NCBI GenBank assembly: GCA_000002445.1
Contig: CH464491.1
Span: forward strand, 3,008,001 to 3,072,000
Reading direction: 5' to 3'
DNA length: 64,000 nucleotides
Origin: Trypanosoma brucei
Lineage: Eukaryota
The position numbers and the translations under genes were made by a program. Numbering within the stretch: position 1 is the first letter of the stretch; each line of letters begins with the position of its first letter. Positions 31,012 to 41,800 of this stretch are shown here, in pieces. The notes beneath the pieces were generated by a model, which was not told the DNA's origin, made no database searches, and saw only the letters and a program-made list of their open reading frames with translations.

Positions 31012-33465
31012 GTGAGCGCTGAGACTGATATTGTTGCAACAGCCTCACACGAGAACGCGAAGATGGACATATCAGCCACGCGCCGTGGGGCAGATGCGGG
31101 TCGGAGGCGCCATGGCCCCCGGTTTCCTGTCATAATAGTTGGTGAGGTGTTTACGAATGCATCTGCACCGGTTCACCCTCTCTTTCCCGTGGCGCCCTCC
31201 GGAAAGTTGCCGTTCGCACTTCTACCCATTTGCAACACGCCCATAATTGACTACATTCTGGAGAACCTAGCAGAGAATGGAGTAGACGAAGTGTTTATTC
31301 TCTTTAACAGTGAATCAGTACCTCTCGTGCATTCTCATCTAAAGAACAACCGTACAGTGCGCGGCCGACCGTGGCTAGAATGCAAGGACATGAAGGTCCG
31401 CGTTGTAGAAAGCGTGCGCACAATGACACGCCTTTGTGACGTTACAGCAGAAATTGTGGAGCAAAACCTTGTTGAGCAGAACTCGTCTTTTCTCTTCGTT
31501 CCAATTGACTCCGTGGCAGTTTTCACCAACCTTCGCGGCCTCTTTCACATGCATTTGGAGCGTTCGCGGAACATAAAAAGCTACGCCGCCACTCTTGTCT
31601 GTACATCAGTTAAGGCTGCTCTCGAGGAGACTCTTCACAATGTGCTCGTCAACAATGCAGACAACACGGGGACTTCAGCTACACAGCAGCAACGGGAGCC
31701 ATCGCCGGGTGGCGGATTCGGGCTCTACGCGTTAGAGCGTCGTCCCCTCCCGGCCCCAGCGCTCCCACCGAGTCCACTGACAATGTTTGCGATCCAGCAG
31801 TCAACAGGTGTGGTGCGAAGTATGACTCGACTCGAGCCGGCTGGGGAAACGTCAGAGCCAGTCCGAATGGAGTTCAGTAGCCGTGACCGCATTTCAGTGC
31901 GCAGCGACCTCGTACCAACAGGATTTTTATTCTGTTCGGGAGGGGCGTTATCCCTCTTCTCGTTTCCGATGGCTGACCAGCACGCGTTCCTAGTGGATTT
32001 ACTCGCGAAGCACGAACTTTGGGGTAACGTCTTTGGTGTCGCGGAGGCGGTCGCACCAATGAGCGTTGTGCAGCCCATCAATAGCCTTCGGACGTATATT
32101 CAGGCAAATATCGATGTGTGTAACCGCCGATTTTTTCCACTTACACGGGAATATAGGTTCGTTGAGGATCGTGAATTATATGCTGCCTCCCCCCATCTCC
32201 CCAGTGTCTACTTGCATCAGTTAGGTGCCAAAGTGTTGGCAAACACCTGTGGTCCATGCGTAGTAGTGGGTGAGCATGTTGTTGTGCCGCCCAATGCCGT
32301 GGTGCGTGGTGCGGTACTGGGTAAGGGTGTTTCCATTGGAGATGGGGCGATAGTTGTTGGCTGCGTTCTTCTTGATGGTGCGGTAGTTGGCCGGAATTGC
32401 GTACTACGAAACTCACTCATTGGGCACAATACCAGGGTATCAGACAGGGCAGAAGTGCTGAATTGTATTGTCGGCGATGACTGTATTATCGGGAGTGCTG
32501 ATGAAACTCATAAGGTTGTCGCGATCACTAGTAGCAGTAGCGACAGCAAAAATGAGGACAGCGCTAGTGTTAACACCGACGGAAGGTGTAGGAGCAATAC
32601 GAATGGTGTCTACACCGCTCACCTTGCTGGAGATCAGGGAATTGTGCTTCATGACGTTGTTGTTGCGGTCTGTTCTGCTGTGGATACTGACGAGCGTGTT
32701 GTTGGTCGCGGGGGGCTTGGAAGGGTACTGCAGGGGCAGCACATTAACAGCATTGTCCCAACATCTGAACTCTTCTTGCGGGACCCCATTCCACGTAACG
32801 CGGATGATAGTGACGTTGGCGATTCGGAAACGGACGATGACGATGATGACGGTGAAGGGACATTTGGTGAGGTGGTTCGTAATTTGTTAGACCAAGCGAT
32901 AGGCCAACCGTCTCGCATGGAACACTGTGTGTTCCAAATGAAGAACAGTCGCCTCACCTTTGGTAGGAAAAATCGTGACCTCTGCTATATCGTAACAGAG
33001 CAATTGTTAAAACATGCAATGGGGCAAAACACCGGTGACACGAATGTGTTGATGCAGTCGGTCCGGGACCTTTTTGGCCAGTGGTGTCGTGCGCTTTACA
33101 CCGATGTGGTTACAGGCGATGACGAGATGCAGGCGGTATTGGAAGCTGTGTGCTGCAGCGTTGCGGATCCGGCTTGCCCGCTGCACAAATGTGGCCCTAT
33201 GCTGCTAGAATGCATCTATAATGACTGTGATGAAGACCTATACGAGGAACGTGGCTATTGTATCGTCAGCGGTGAGTCACTCGTAGAATTTGGTACAAGG
33301 ATGGCAAGGCTAGCAGAGCAGCGATGTAATGAGAGCGATGAAGAAGATGAAGAGGAGGAGTTGGATTCTCGTAAGGAGGGTATGTTGCGTGTGGCTCTCA
33401 CTTGCCAGAAATTTATAGCTGATGTGCGCTTCTTCCTCGAAGAAGAAGAGGAGGGAATGTTTTGA
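31012..33465 (+). CDS. Translation initiation factor eIF2B epsilon subunit (candidate)
   Basis: N-terminal nucleotidyltransferase-like fold: PFALLPICNTPIIDYILENLAENGVDEVFILF. Next come left-handed beta-helix hexapeptide repeats: VVRGAVLGKGVSIGDGAIVVGCVLLDGAVVGRNCVLRNSLIGHNTRV. A C-terminal W2 domain carries acidic/aromatic boxes (ESDEEDEEEELDS ... EEEEGMF). Confidence 0.7.
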   Translation: MSAETDIVATASHENAKMDISATRRGADAGRRRHGPRFPVIIVGEVFTNASAPVHPLFPVAPSGKLPFALLPICNTPIIDYILENLAENGVDEVFILFNSESVPLVHSHLKNNRTVRGRPWLECKDMKVRVVESVRTMTRLCDVTAEIVEQNLVEQNSSFLFVPIDSVAVFTNLRGLFHMHLERSRNIKSYAATLVCTSVKAALEETLHNVLVNNADNTGTSATQQQREPSPGGGFGLYALERRPLPAPALPPSPLTMFAIQQSTGVVRSMTRLEPAGETSEPVRMEFSSRDRISVRSDLVPTGFLFCSGGALSLFSFPMADQHAFLVDLLAKHELWGNVFGVAEAVAPMSVVQPINSLRTYIQANIDVCNRRFFPLTREYRFVEDRELYAASPHLPSVYLHQLGAKVLANTCGPCVVVGEHVVVPPNAVVRGAVLGKGVSIGDGAIVVGCVLLDGAVVGRNCVLRNSLIGHNTRVSDRAEVLNCIVGDDCIIGSADETHKVVAITSSSSDSKNEDSASVNTDGRCRSNTNGVYTAHLAGDQGIVLHDVVVAVCSAVDTDERVVGRGGLGRVLQGQHINSIVPTSELFLRDPIPRNADDSDVGDSETDDDDDDGEGTFGEVVRNLLDQAIGQPSRMEHCVFQMKNSRLTFGRKNRDLCYIVTEQLLKHAMGQNTGDTNVLMQSVRDLFGQWCRALYTDVVTGDDEMQAVLEAVCCSVADPACPLHKCGPMLLECIYNDCDEDLYEERGYCIVSGESLVEFGTRMARLAEQRCNESDEEDEEEELDSRKEGMLRVALTCQKFIADVRFFLEEEEEGMF

Positions 33466-34340
33466 AGGGATGGTAGATGCTTACAAACCATATTAGGGTG
33501 TGGACGTGTGGTTGGCAGCGACGGGTAAGGTTCATATGATCTATTGGCAGGTCGCTTGAGACCTTGACAAGCTAACCCAAAGTCTAAGTGATCATAAACG
33601 AAATATTTTATGGATACCCGTTTAAGGTAGGCATCGAAAAACTGGGGAAGAGGAAAGATGAGCAAATAAGATATAAAAGGAGCGAGATCTAGTGGAGCAG
33701 GACACTTAAGCAGCAGCGTCTGGTTTTTATGTGATGCTCCGCCTCGGGAAACGAATCCGAAGTCGGAGCGATTTATCGCAAAGGAAAATACAGTAATTGC
33801 ATCTGCTTCGTTTTTTTTTTTGTAATATCCCTGCGGCGCCTGCGAGCGGTACGGGGAGTGTTATCTCTGTTGCCGGTTTTCCGTTTTTGTGTGCTTAACC
33901 GAGCCGAACACAACTAACATAAGTAGGCAACCCAATTACGTTATGCTCCTCCCCATATGCGTACGCGTGCCTCCTCCTCTTTGTGGTGGCTGTTTTAGTG
34001 GCATTTTTATTTTATGAAATATCACCTTCTGTTGGATGTTCTTCTTGTATATTTAAAAGAGAAAAAAAAAGCGGATTGGTGTTGGTGCTGGACGGTGCTG
34101 TGTCGTCCTGTCTCGAGTTTGAGGTCCCTCGTGCTTGCTCGAAATCGACTATAGGTAGCGTTTCAAGCGAACCGAAGGGAGGAGCGAGGTTACATCGATC
34201 TGCACAGATACGGCACGGGGGTTGTGAAGATATATCGCCATTGTAAGTCGCTTGAGGTTTGACTTCATCTGTACGTGGAATCTGTCACGTTAAGAATCAC
34301 ATTGAGTTAAATCACCTTCAGCATAGGCTCTACTTATTAA

Positions 34341-35603
34341 ATGGACTTTGACACGTCAACTACGTCTGTCACGTCAGCCATGCTCGAGGCACAACAGAAG
34401 ATTAATTCCCTTCGCGAAGATAAGGAATTGTACGCGACCTTGGAAGCGAAGGCCAGCGCGAACTTTGAGCGTCACCGGTCAGAGCTGACGCTATTGTTAC
34501 AGAAGGAACGCGCTATACATGCGGCAGCGGAGGACCGTCTGCGTGCGCAGCTTCAGCAACTGCTTCAGGAGAACGAGGCGGCCCAGGCAGAACTTCAGTG
34601 CGTTCGCGCAGAGCGAGATAACCGCTGCTGCGAGGAGGTGCAACGGCAGCGGCAACAGCGTGAACAACACGAAGAGACGATGCGTCGGGAAGCACTAGAA
34701 CTGCGTGATGCGTTAGCAGTCATTCGAGACGACGTTGAAGTTGCGCAGAAGGAAAAGCACTGGCATGAGATGCAGCTACATGAGGCGCTCACGCTTCAGC
34801 AGGCGCTTCATGCTGACTTCAGAAAGGTTCGTCAGGAGGCTGACGAACTCTCTGCAACGGAGCTCCAGAAAGGGCAACCACAGAAATCGGGAAGGGAAAA
34901 GGTTTTTCTTCCCTGTGGCCCTGCGGATAAGACTTGCCCGGTGAAACCCGCTTCCCACCACATTGCTGCGATTGTGTCCACAGTAGAGCGTAACAACTAC
35001 TATTGGCCACGCCTCTACTACCGTCGTAGGGGTATTCCCTCGCCGCTGGATAGCAGAAGAGAATCCGCGCCGCGTTGCCGGAGCAACAGCAGCAACCCCG
35101 CGGTGGATATCCATAGAAATTCTTCCATAGAGCCATGCCAGGCAACACAACTTGTGGCGTCTCCCATCTTGCCGAAACCCGCGACGGCCGTGCCGGCTAC
35201 GACTGCCTCTCTTTCAATTACCCCTGTAACAGCGCTGGCGGCTGACACTAGCGCAACCTCAACGGTGGCGGCAAAGGTGGACCCCCCTGTAACGTATAGC
35301 GCTCGGAATCTCGACGCAATCTGCCGTTCATTGCTGCGTGAAATACTGCAAATGCGTAAAGAGTACCAGGAGTGTACAGCAGCGCTTAATGACCCTACTT
35401 CAGACACTGTGGAACTCAGTCGCCGCATGCGCAACCTGATGTGTACCTTGGACCGCAAGGTTCACCAACTTCGCAGTCTGCGCCAGCAACAAGCGAAGGT
35501 AGAGGACAAACTGCGAATGCATGATATGCTAATGGAAATCGCAGAGGAAAACAATTACTGCCGGAGTGTTTACAGCGACCTACTGGAGCTTATTCGTTCA
35601 TGA
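34341..35603 (+). CDS. Hypothetical coiled-coil protein
   Basis: 420-aa ORF on the + strand. The N-terminal ~200 aa are heptad-like Q/E/R-rich (LRAQLQQLLQENEAAQAELQCVRAERD). Then a Ser/Pro/Ala-rich linker. A C-terminal helical segment includes LRQQQAKVEDKLRMHDMLMEIAEEN. Confidence 0.5.
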   Translation: MDFDTSTTSVTSAMLEAQQKINSLREDKELYATLEAKASANFERHRSELTLLLQKERAIHAAAEDRLRAQLQQLLQENEAAQAELQCVRAERDNRCCEEVQRQRQQREQHEETMRREALELRDALAVIRDDVEVAQKEKHWHEMQLHEALTLQQALHADFRKVRQEADELSATELQKGQPQKSGREKVFLPCGPADKTCPVKPASHHIAAIVSTVERNNYYWPRLYYRRRGIPSPLDSRRESAPRCRSNSSNPAVDIHRNSSIEPCQATQLVASPILPKPATAVPATTASLSITPVTALAADTSATSTVAAKVDPPVTYSARNLDAICRSLLREILQMRKEYQECTAALNDPTSDTVELSRRMRNLMCTLDRKVHQLRSLRQQQAKVEDKLRMHDMLMEIAEENNYCRSVYSDLLELIRS

Positions 35604-36166
35604 CAAACTTTACACTGTACCACCATATGTTGTCCATGGTATTTGTTTTGTATTTCCCCCTACTGTAATTTTTCTTTCTTTCCATGCACAATTTTGACAC
35701 CGCGAACACCATCCGACGACTCGTTCATACCTTCGTTTGTGGGTGGCCTTTGTAATCTTTAGTCCTTTTCCCTTCACATGTGCATATGATGTCGCACCTT
35801 GTTGGAAAAGGGATATCAACTGACGGGACGGAGGAAAGGCAACAGCCCCTCAGGTTCTGCATTCAATAGACTATAGATAATGAAGCATATGCGTAAGCAT
35901 ACACATACACGCGCGTAAAGCAGTAAAAATTAATGAGTCTACGTACGCACACCCACACACGCACATATATATATAAGTTGTGTATACTTGCATACATATC
36001 TGTATATGCCTGAAGGGGCGTAAGGACGGAGCAGGAAAGAATGAACTGAAGGTGGAGGGAATGGGAAGATGGGATTAGCTGTATATGGTGGTAATGAGAA
36101 GGCATGATGCTAAAGAAGCAGAGACCACTTAGCATAGTTGCTGCAGTGTAGAGTTTGTGCGCGAGG

Positions 36167-36190
36167 TGTGTTTGTTTGTTTGTTTGTTTG
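36167..36190. repeat. (GTTT)n microsatellite
   Basis: gtgtttgtttgtttgtttgtttgcg. Confidence 0.9.
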
Positions 36191-36697
36191 CGTGTTACCG
36201 TTGTTAAGGGTATGAAGTCCTACGTTCGTGATTTTTTTACCCATTGTTATATTGGTTTTTCGTTAGTTTTCTTTTGTGTATGTCTCCGCGGATACTGATT
36301 ATAGATTGCTTAACCTGAGTTGTATGCGTTTGAGTAGGAGCATTCCCAGACCTTTCTGAGAATTTTACCCTGTTTTTTTTTCGACCTTTTCCCGTCCACC
36401 CACCGGTGTCGTGCTGTGGAATCGAAAGGGGAAAAGCACACTCTGGCAGCGGGAAAGGGAAAAAGATTTACATATATTAGAAGGTAGTGAGATACGTGAA
36501 GAAGGAAAGCTGAAACTAACAAAGTTAACGAGAACAAAATAACAGGTAATAATAATTCGATTCTTAAGGGATATCATCAGACTAACACGCAGGGGCATCC
36601 ACCAGAGAAGGAAACACAAACACACAAACACATACATACGAAGAGAAAAAAAAGGCGCAATACAATAAATATCTCTGCAAGACAATAACGCAGATCT

Positions 36698-37948
36698 TTG
36701 AGCACGATGACTGAAATGCTGAGCTGTTTGGTGCCGTACCTTGATAAGCACTTGGTACTTGGCCTCCTCTATTTTTACGATGATCAGGGTGTCGATGTGG
36801 GTGATGCCCTCCGATTCGTGCAGGCGACCACGGCGCTGACGCCGGAGGGTGAAGTGTCCCTCGAGCAGGAGAACAAAATTCGTGAGACCGCCGAGCGCGC
36901 TCGCCCAGCACTTGACATGTTTTTTGAGCAGAACGTTTCGGACAACTGCACATACCAGTTGTGCCTCACGGAGAGTCGGATTGACGAATTGCGAGGTAAA
37001 GGAGAGTTGTCTCGTGGTTTCCTTGAGAAGGAGGGTATTACCCCCAAGGTTATGACCGCCGTGATGGATTTGGCCTTTTTGTACTACGACGCGGCGCGGT
37101 ACGGGGACGCATCTGAACTACTTTCCTTGTTACAGTGTGTTACGGGATACGAGCTTGGCGAAAGCAAGTTACTATGGGGAAGGCTGGTGTGTGATACGTG
37201 CTCATGCAGATGGCCGTCTGCGATCGCGGCAGCGGAGAAACTGTGGAAACAGCAAGGTGCAGACGGGTCAGAGAACAAGTCAGGAAAGACAACACTCCGC
37301 GGCGACAATGGAACCTCCGTAACGGAGCGAGTGTGGTTGTTGCATTGGGCTCTCTTCCCGTTCTTCAAGGGTGGTAACCAGTACTCCACACATCTGTTGA
37401 ACATTGTCTTTGACAACAAGACGGATTCCATATACCAGTGTGTTGTAGAGACGGTGTGCCCACACTATCTGCGCTACATCTGCGCGGCTGCTATTCTCAA
37501 CACACACCGTCGCTCCGCCCTTCGTAGAGCTGCCGAGATGGTGGGAAGAATTTATGAATATTCCGACCCGCTCACGCAACTTGTGAGGGAAATCACGAAT
37601 TACCGCTCCTTCGAGGACACCCTTGAGCTACTGCCGAAGGTAAGCGAGCTGGCACAAGGTGACTATTTCCTCAATCTGCACGCTGATAATTTGGTCGAGA
37701 ACGCGAAGCGGCTTATTTTCACCCAGTATGTGGTAACCCACAGTGTAGTGTCAATACCATACATGGCGGAAAGGCTAGAAATGAGTGCGGCAGGGGCCGA
37801 GGTGTGGCTAGCTGATCTCATCAGCGAGACAAAGCAGCGTGCAAAGATCGATGCCGTAACAGGTCAAATGTTTGTTGGCTCGCAGGTTCGTTCCGTCCAT
37901 CAAACGGTGCTTGACAGGTTGGAGCCGGTTGACCACGGTCGGCGCTGA
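36698..37948 (+). CDS. EIF3E: Translation initiation factor eIF3 subunit E (INT6-like, PCI domain)
   Basis: The N-terminus LVPYLDKHLVLGLLYFYDDQG matches the eIF3e N-terminal signature (compare DRHLVFPLLEFL). The C-terminal PCI/winged-helix region has IFTQYVVTHSVVSIPYMAERLEMS. The 416-aa length is appropriate. Confidence 0.7.
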   Translation: MSTMTEMLSCLVPYLDKHLVLGLLYFYDDQGVDVGDALRFVQATTALTPEGEVSLEQENKIRETAERARPALDMFFEQNVSDNCTYQLCLTESRIDELRGKGELSRGFLEKEGITPKVMTAVMDLAFLYYDAARYGDASELLSLLQCVTGYELGESKLLWGRLVCDTCSCRWPSAIAAAEKLWKQQGADGSENKSGKTTLRGDNGTSVTERVWLLHWALFPFFKGGNQYSTHLLNIVFDNKTDSIYQCVVETVCPHYLRYICAAAILNTHRRSALRRAAEMVGRIYEYSDPLTQLVREITNYRSFEDTLELLPKVSELAQGDYFLNLHADNLVENAKRLIFTQYVVTHSVVSIPYMAERLEMSAAGAEVWLADLISETKQRAKIDAVTGQMFVGSQVRSVHQTVLDRLEPVDHGRR

Positions 37949-38854
37949 TAGAATGGAAAAAGTAGGGGAGCCATGAAGCCGCGTTCAGTGAAGGTTGCGC
38001 GCCGAGGCTACGGTGAGATCGATTCGTGTGCTTGAGGTTTTTCCTTCCGCAAGCAGCGCAAAGGATTATGAGCAGTGGGGGATCGAATATTGTTCGTTCA
38101 GTAATAAAGCGTGAAAGGGAAGGAGGGTGCGAGTGTGTGGAGAATGCGAAAATGGGCATGGGATTATTGAATGGGATATTACGAGTTACCGTCACGTAAA
38201 CGGACATGAGGTGTAAGTGGTGTAGCTTTATACATTGTTGGGGTCCCCCTTTTTAATGTGTTTCTGCATTTCCTACATTTTGGGTGCGTGGGGCTCAGTC
38301 CCATTGGAAACGCAGTTTTGTGGTGAGGATGTTGTTGTTGTGGAGCGCTGCTCCCTTTTGTAAGAACGACACAAGGCTGGTTGTCACTTTCTCCACTGTT
38401 AGGATAGTTGCCTTACTTTCATTTCGGACGGCCTCTTTCGTTAACTTCCCTCTTTCAAGCAATCCTTACACGTATGTTCAAATTCCACCGTTAGCGGGAG
38501 AAGAGTAAGGAAAAAGTTACTTTTTAAATACTCACACATCCAAATAAGAGGGTGAGGTTTTGCATTTGTGTGTTTGCGCGTAAGTGTATGTGCCCACTGG
38601 CATGCAAATGATAGGCCTCCTCCCTGGGGTATGAGGTGCGGGGGATGGAAATGTTTTCTCTGGAGCTGCGACCTCGTCCATGTAGTTTTCTCTCATTTCC
38701 TTCCTAACGGTCTTATCTCCTCCAAAAGGCAAGCGTAAGTTGCCGAGGGGCTCATATTAGATTAGTGACCAATATACTTGTGTCCAAGTTTAGACCTATA
38801 GGAAGTCCTCGCGGGTAACGGGACGCACTGAATAGGTGAACACCACAAAATAAG

Positions 38855-41800
38855 ATGCTTTCAGTTTACAAACCGCGCTTTCTTACGGGAGAAAAGGGAC
38901 GTGGAGACGGACGGGGAGGAAAACACGGAAGGCAAACTTTACTGGGTCCACCGTCCCGGGGAGCCGTATGGCCAGCAGTTGCAGGAGGGGGAGCATGGCC
39001 CATAGCTGCACCGGTGCACCTCAGCCCACTTCCTGTGCCGGTGGCAACGTCGCATTGGGCGCTCTCCGGCTGTCGATTGCCGGCTACCATTCCGACAGGG
39101 AAGCGTTTGATTGGGTCCTGTGTCAATGAGATGAGCAACCTCAACGATTCTGAGAAAGCGATATGTGAGCTCATGGTTGGCTTTTTGGAGCACAAATCTG
39201 CAACTGAGGCCGAGTGTATCATGTCGGAGGTGGACGAAATGGTTTGTTCCCGTCGCTTGCTCTCACAGTACAGTGGTGTGTACGCTAGTAAATGCCCCGG
39301 TGACGCAAATGGAGGGAAAGACGAACCGTTGCGTGGAAAAACTCAGCTTATTCGCTTCCTTCGGCAGCAGCAAGAGGAAAAGGAGGAGCGGGAGAAGAAC
39401 TGGGAGCAGAGGCGGCGCCAGCGCATCGCCAGGGAAGCAGCGGAGAGAAGAGAATCACGAGAGAGGTGGAAGAAAATGTTTCTGCACAACGTAGAGGGAA
39501 AAAGCAAAAGGGAAGCCCTTCCAAAAACAGCTAAGAGAAAGGCACAAATTGGAAGGTGTATCGACAAAGAAGCTGCCAATATAAAACACAAACAACGACG
39601 GTGTGAAGACGAGGACTTTAGATTAACATCTCTAAGCGATTCCACTTTCACTGACTCTTTATGCGGCTACCCACAACATGTGCCGAACGTGGCAAGGCCC
39701 ATCAGAGTGCCAGCTGCAACCGAGCGATTCGCTAATGCAAGCGAAAAACTCACTAGGGAGGTGGCAGGTGCGCAATATATACGAGTCCCAAGGGAAATGC
39801 CGACAAGCATACGCGTCGCTTCTTCTGACAGCGAGAATACGGAAGATATTATCGAAAAAACAGATAAGTTGGTGGGGGACAGGTTAGAGGTGTTCAAACA
39901 ACGGCAAAACACAAACGACACGAGATCCAAAGAATCATTTATTGCAGCAATTCAGAAAAGTTATAGCGCACAGGGTGATGAAAGACCACTCACGACAACA
40001 GAAAACCAGCAGCAAATGACAAAAAAAGATAATCAACTGAGAAGCACAGAAGTGGAGAAAAAAACCCAGGACCCAACATCAATTACAGCTACCATCCGAT
40101 ACACCAAACAGGAGGATGACATCAAAAATAAACAAAACGCCATTTCAGAAAGAGGACTCAGTACATCAACGAACCAAAAACAAACAGAAACATTAATTAC
40201 TTCTAACAATCAACATTCAGTTGATGAGCGCCACCAATCAGACGATCGACAGCACTCCAAACGTTCTGAATCCAAGAAGGAGTTGCAGGAATCATTGCAT
40301 TCCAACAAGTCTGCAGTGAAGGATGGTGAACCTGAACTTGAGGCTTCTCAAGGTTCGAAGAAGTCACAGCGGTCCCGTGAGTCTATTCGTGAGGGTTTTG
40401 CTGATGATTTGCAATCACAGGGTTCTCAACATTCTAAACGTTCTGAATCCAAGAAGGAGTTGCAGGAATCACTACATTCCAACAAGTCTGCAGTGAAGGA
40501 TGGTGAACCTGAACTTGAGGCTTCTCAAGGTTCGAAGAAGTCACAGCGGTCCCGTGAGTCTATTCGTGAAGGTCTTGCTGATGATTTGCAATCACAGGGT
40601 TCTCAACATTCTAAACGTTCTGAATCCAAGAAGGAGTTGCAGGAATCACTACATTCCAACAAGTCTGCAGTGAAGGATGGTGAACCTGAACTTGAGGCTT
40701 CTCAAGGTTCGAAGAAGTCACAGCGGTCCCGTGAGTCTATTCGTGAGGGTTTTGTTGATGATTTGCAATCACAGGGTTCTCAACATTCTAAACGTTCTGA
40801 ATCCAAGAAGGAGTTGCAGGAATCACTACATTCCAACAAGTCTGCAGTGAAGGATGGTGAACCTGAACTTGAGGCTTCTCAAGGTTCGAAGAAGTCACAG
40901 CGGTCCCGTGAGTCTATTCGTGAAGGTCTTGCTGATGATTTGCAATCACAGGGTTCTCAACATTCTAAACGTTCTGAATCCAAGAAGGAGTTGCAGGAAT
41001 CACTACATTCCAACAAGTCTGCAGTGAAGGATGGTGAACCTGAACTTGAGGCTTCTCAAGGTTCGAAGAAGTCACAGCGGTCCCGTGAGTCTATTCGTGA
41101 GGGTTTTGCTGATGATTTGCAATCACAGGGTTCTCAACATTCTAAACGTTCTGAATCCAAGAAGGAGTTGCAGGAATCACTACATTCCAACAAGTCTGCA
41201 GTGAAGGATGGTGAACCTGAACTTGAGGCTTCTCAAGGTTCGAAGAAGTCACAGCGGTCCCGTGAGTCTATTCGTGAGGGTCTTGCTGATGATTTGCAAT
41301 CACAGGGTTCTCAACATTCTAAACGTTCTGAATCCAAGAAGGAGTTGCAGGAATCACTACATTCCAACAAGTCTGCAGTGAAGGATGGTGAACCTGAACT
41401 TGAGGCTTCTCAAGGTTCGAAGAAGTCACAGCGGTCCCGTGAGTCTATTCGTGAGGGTTTTGTTGATGATTTGCAATCACAGGGTTCTCAACATTCTAAA
41501 CGTTCTGAATCCAAGAAGGAGTTGCAGGAATCATTGCATTCCAACAAGTCTGCAGTGAAGGATGGTGAACCTGAACTTGAGGCTTCTCAAGGTTCGAAGA
41601 AGTCACAGCGGTCCCGTGAGTCTATTCGTGAGGGTTTTGTTGATGATTTGCAATCACAGGGTTCTCAACATTCTAAACGTTCTGAATCCAAGAAGGAGTT
41701 GCAGGAATCATTGCATTCCAACAAGTCTGCAGTGAAGGATGGTGAACCTGAACTTGAGGCTTCTCAAGGTTCGAAGAAGTCACAGCGGTCCCGTGAGTCT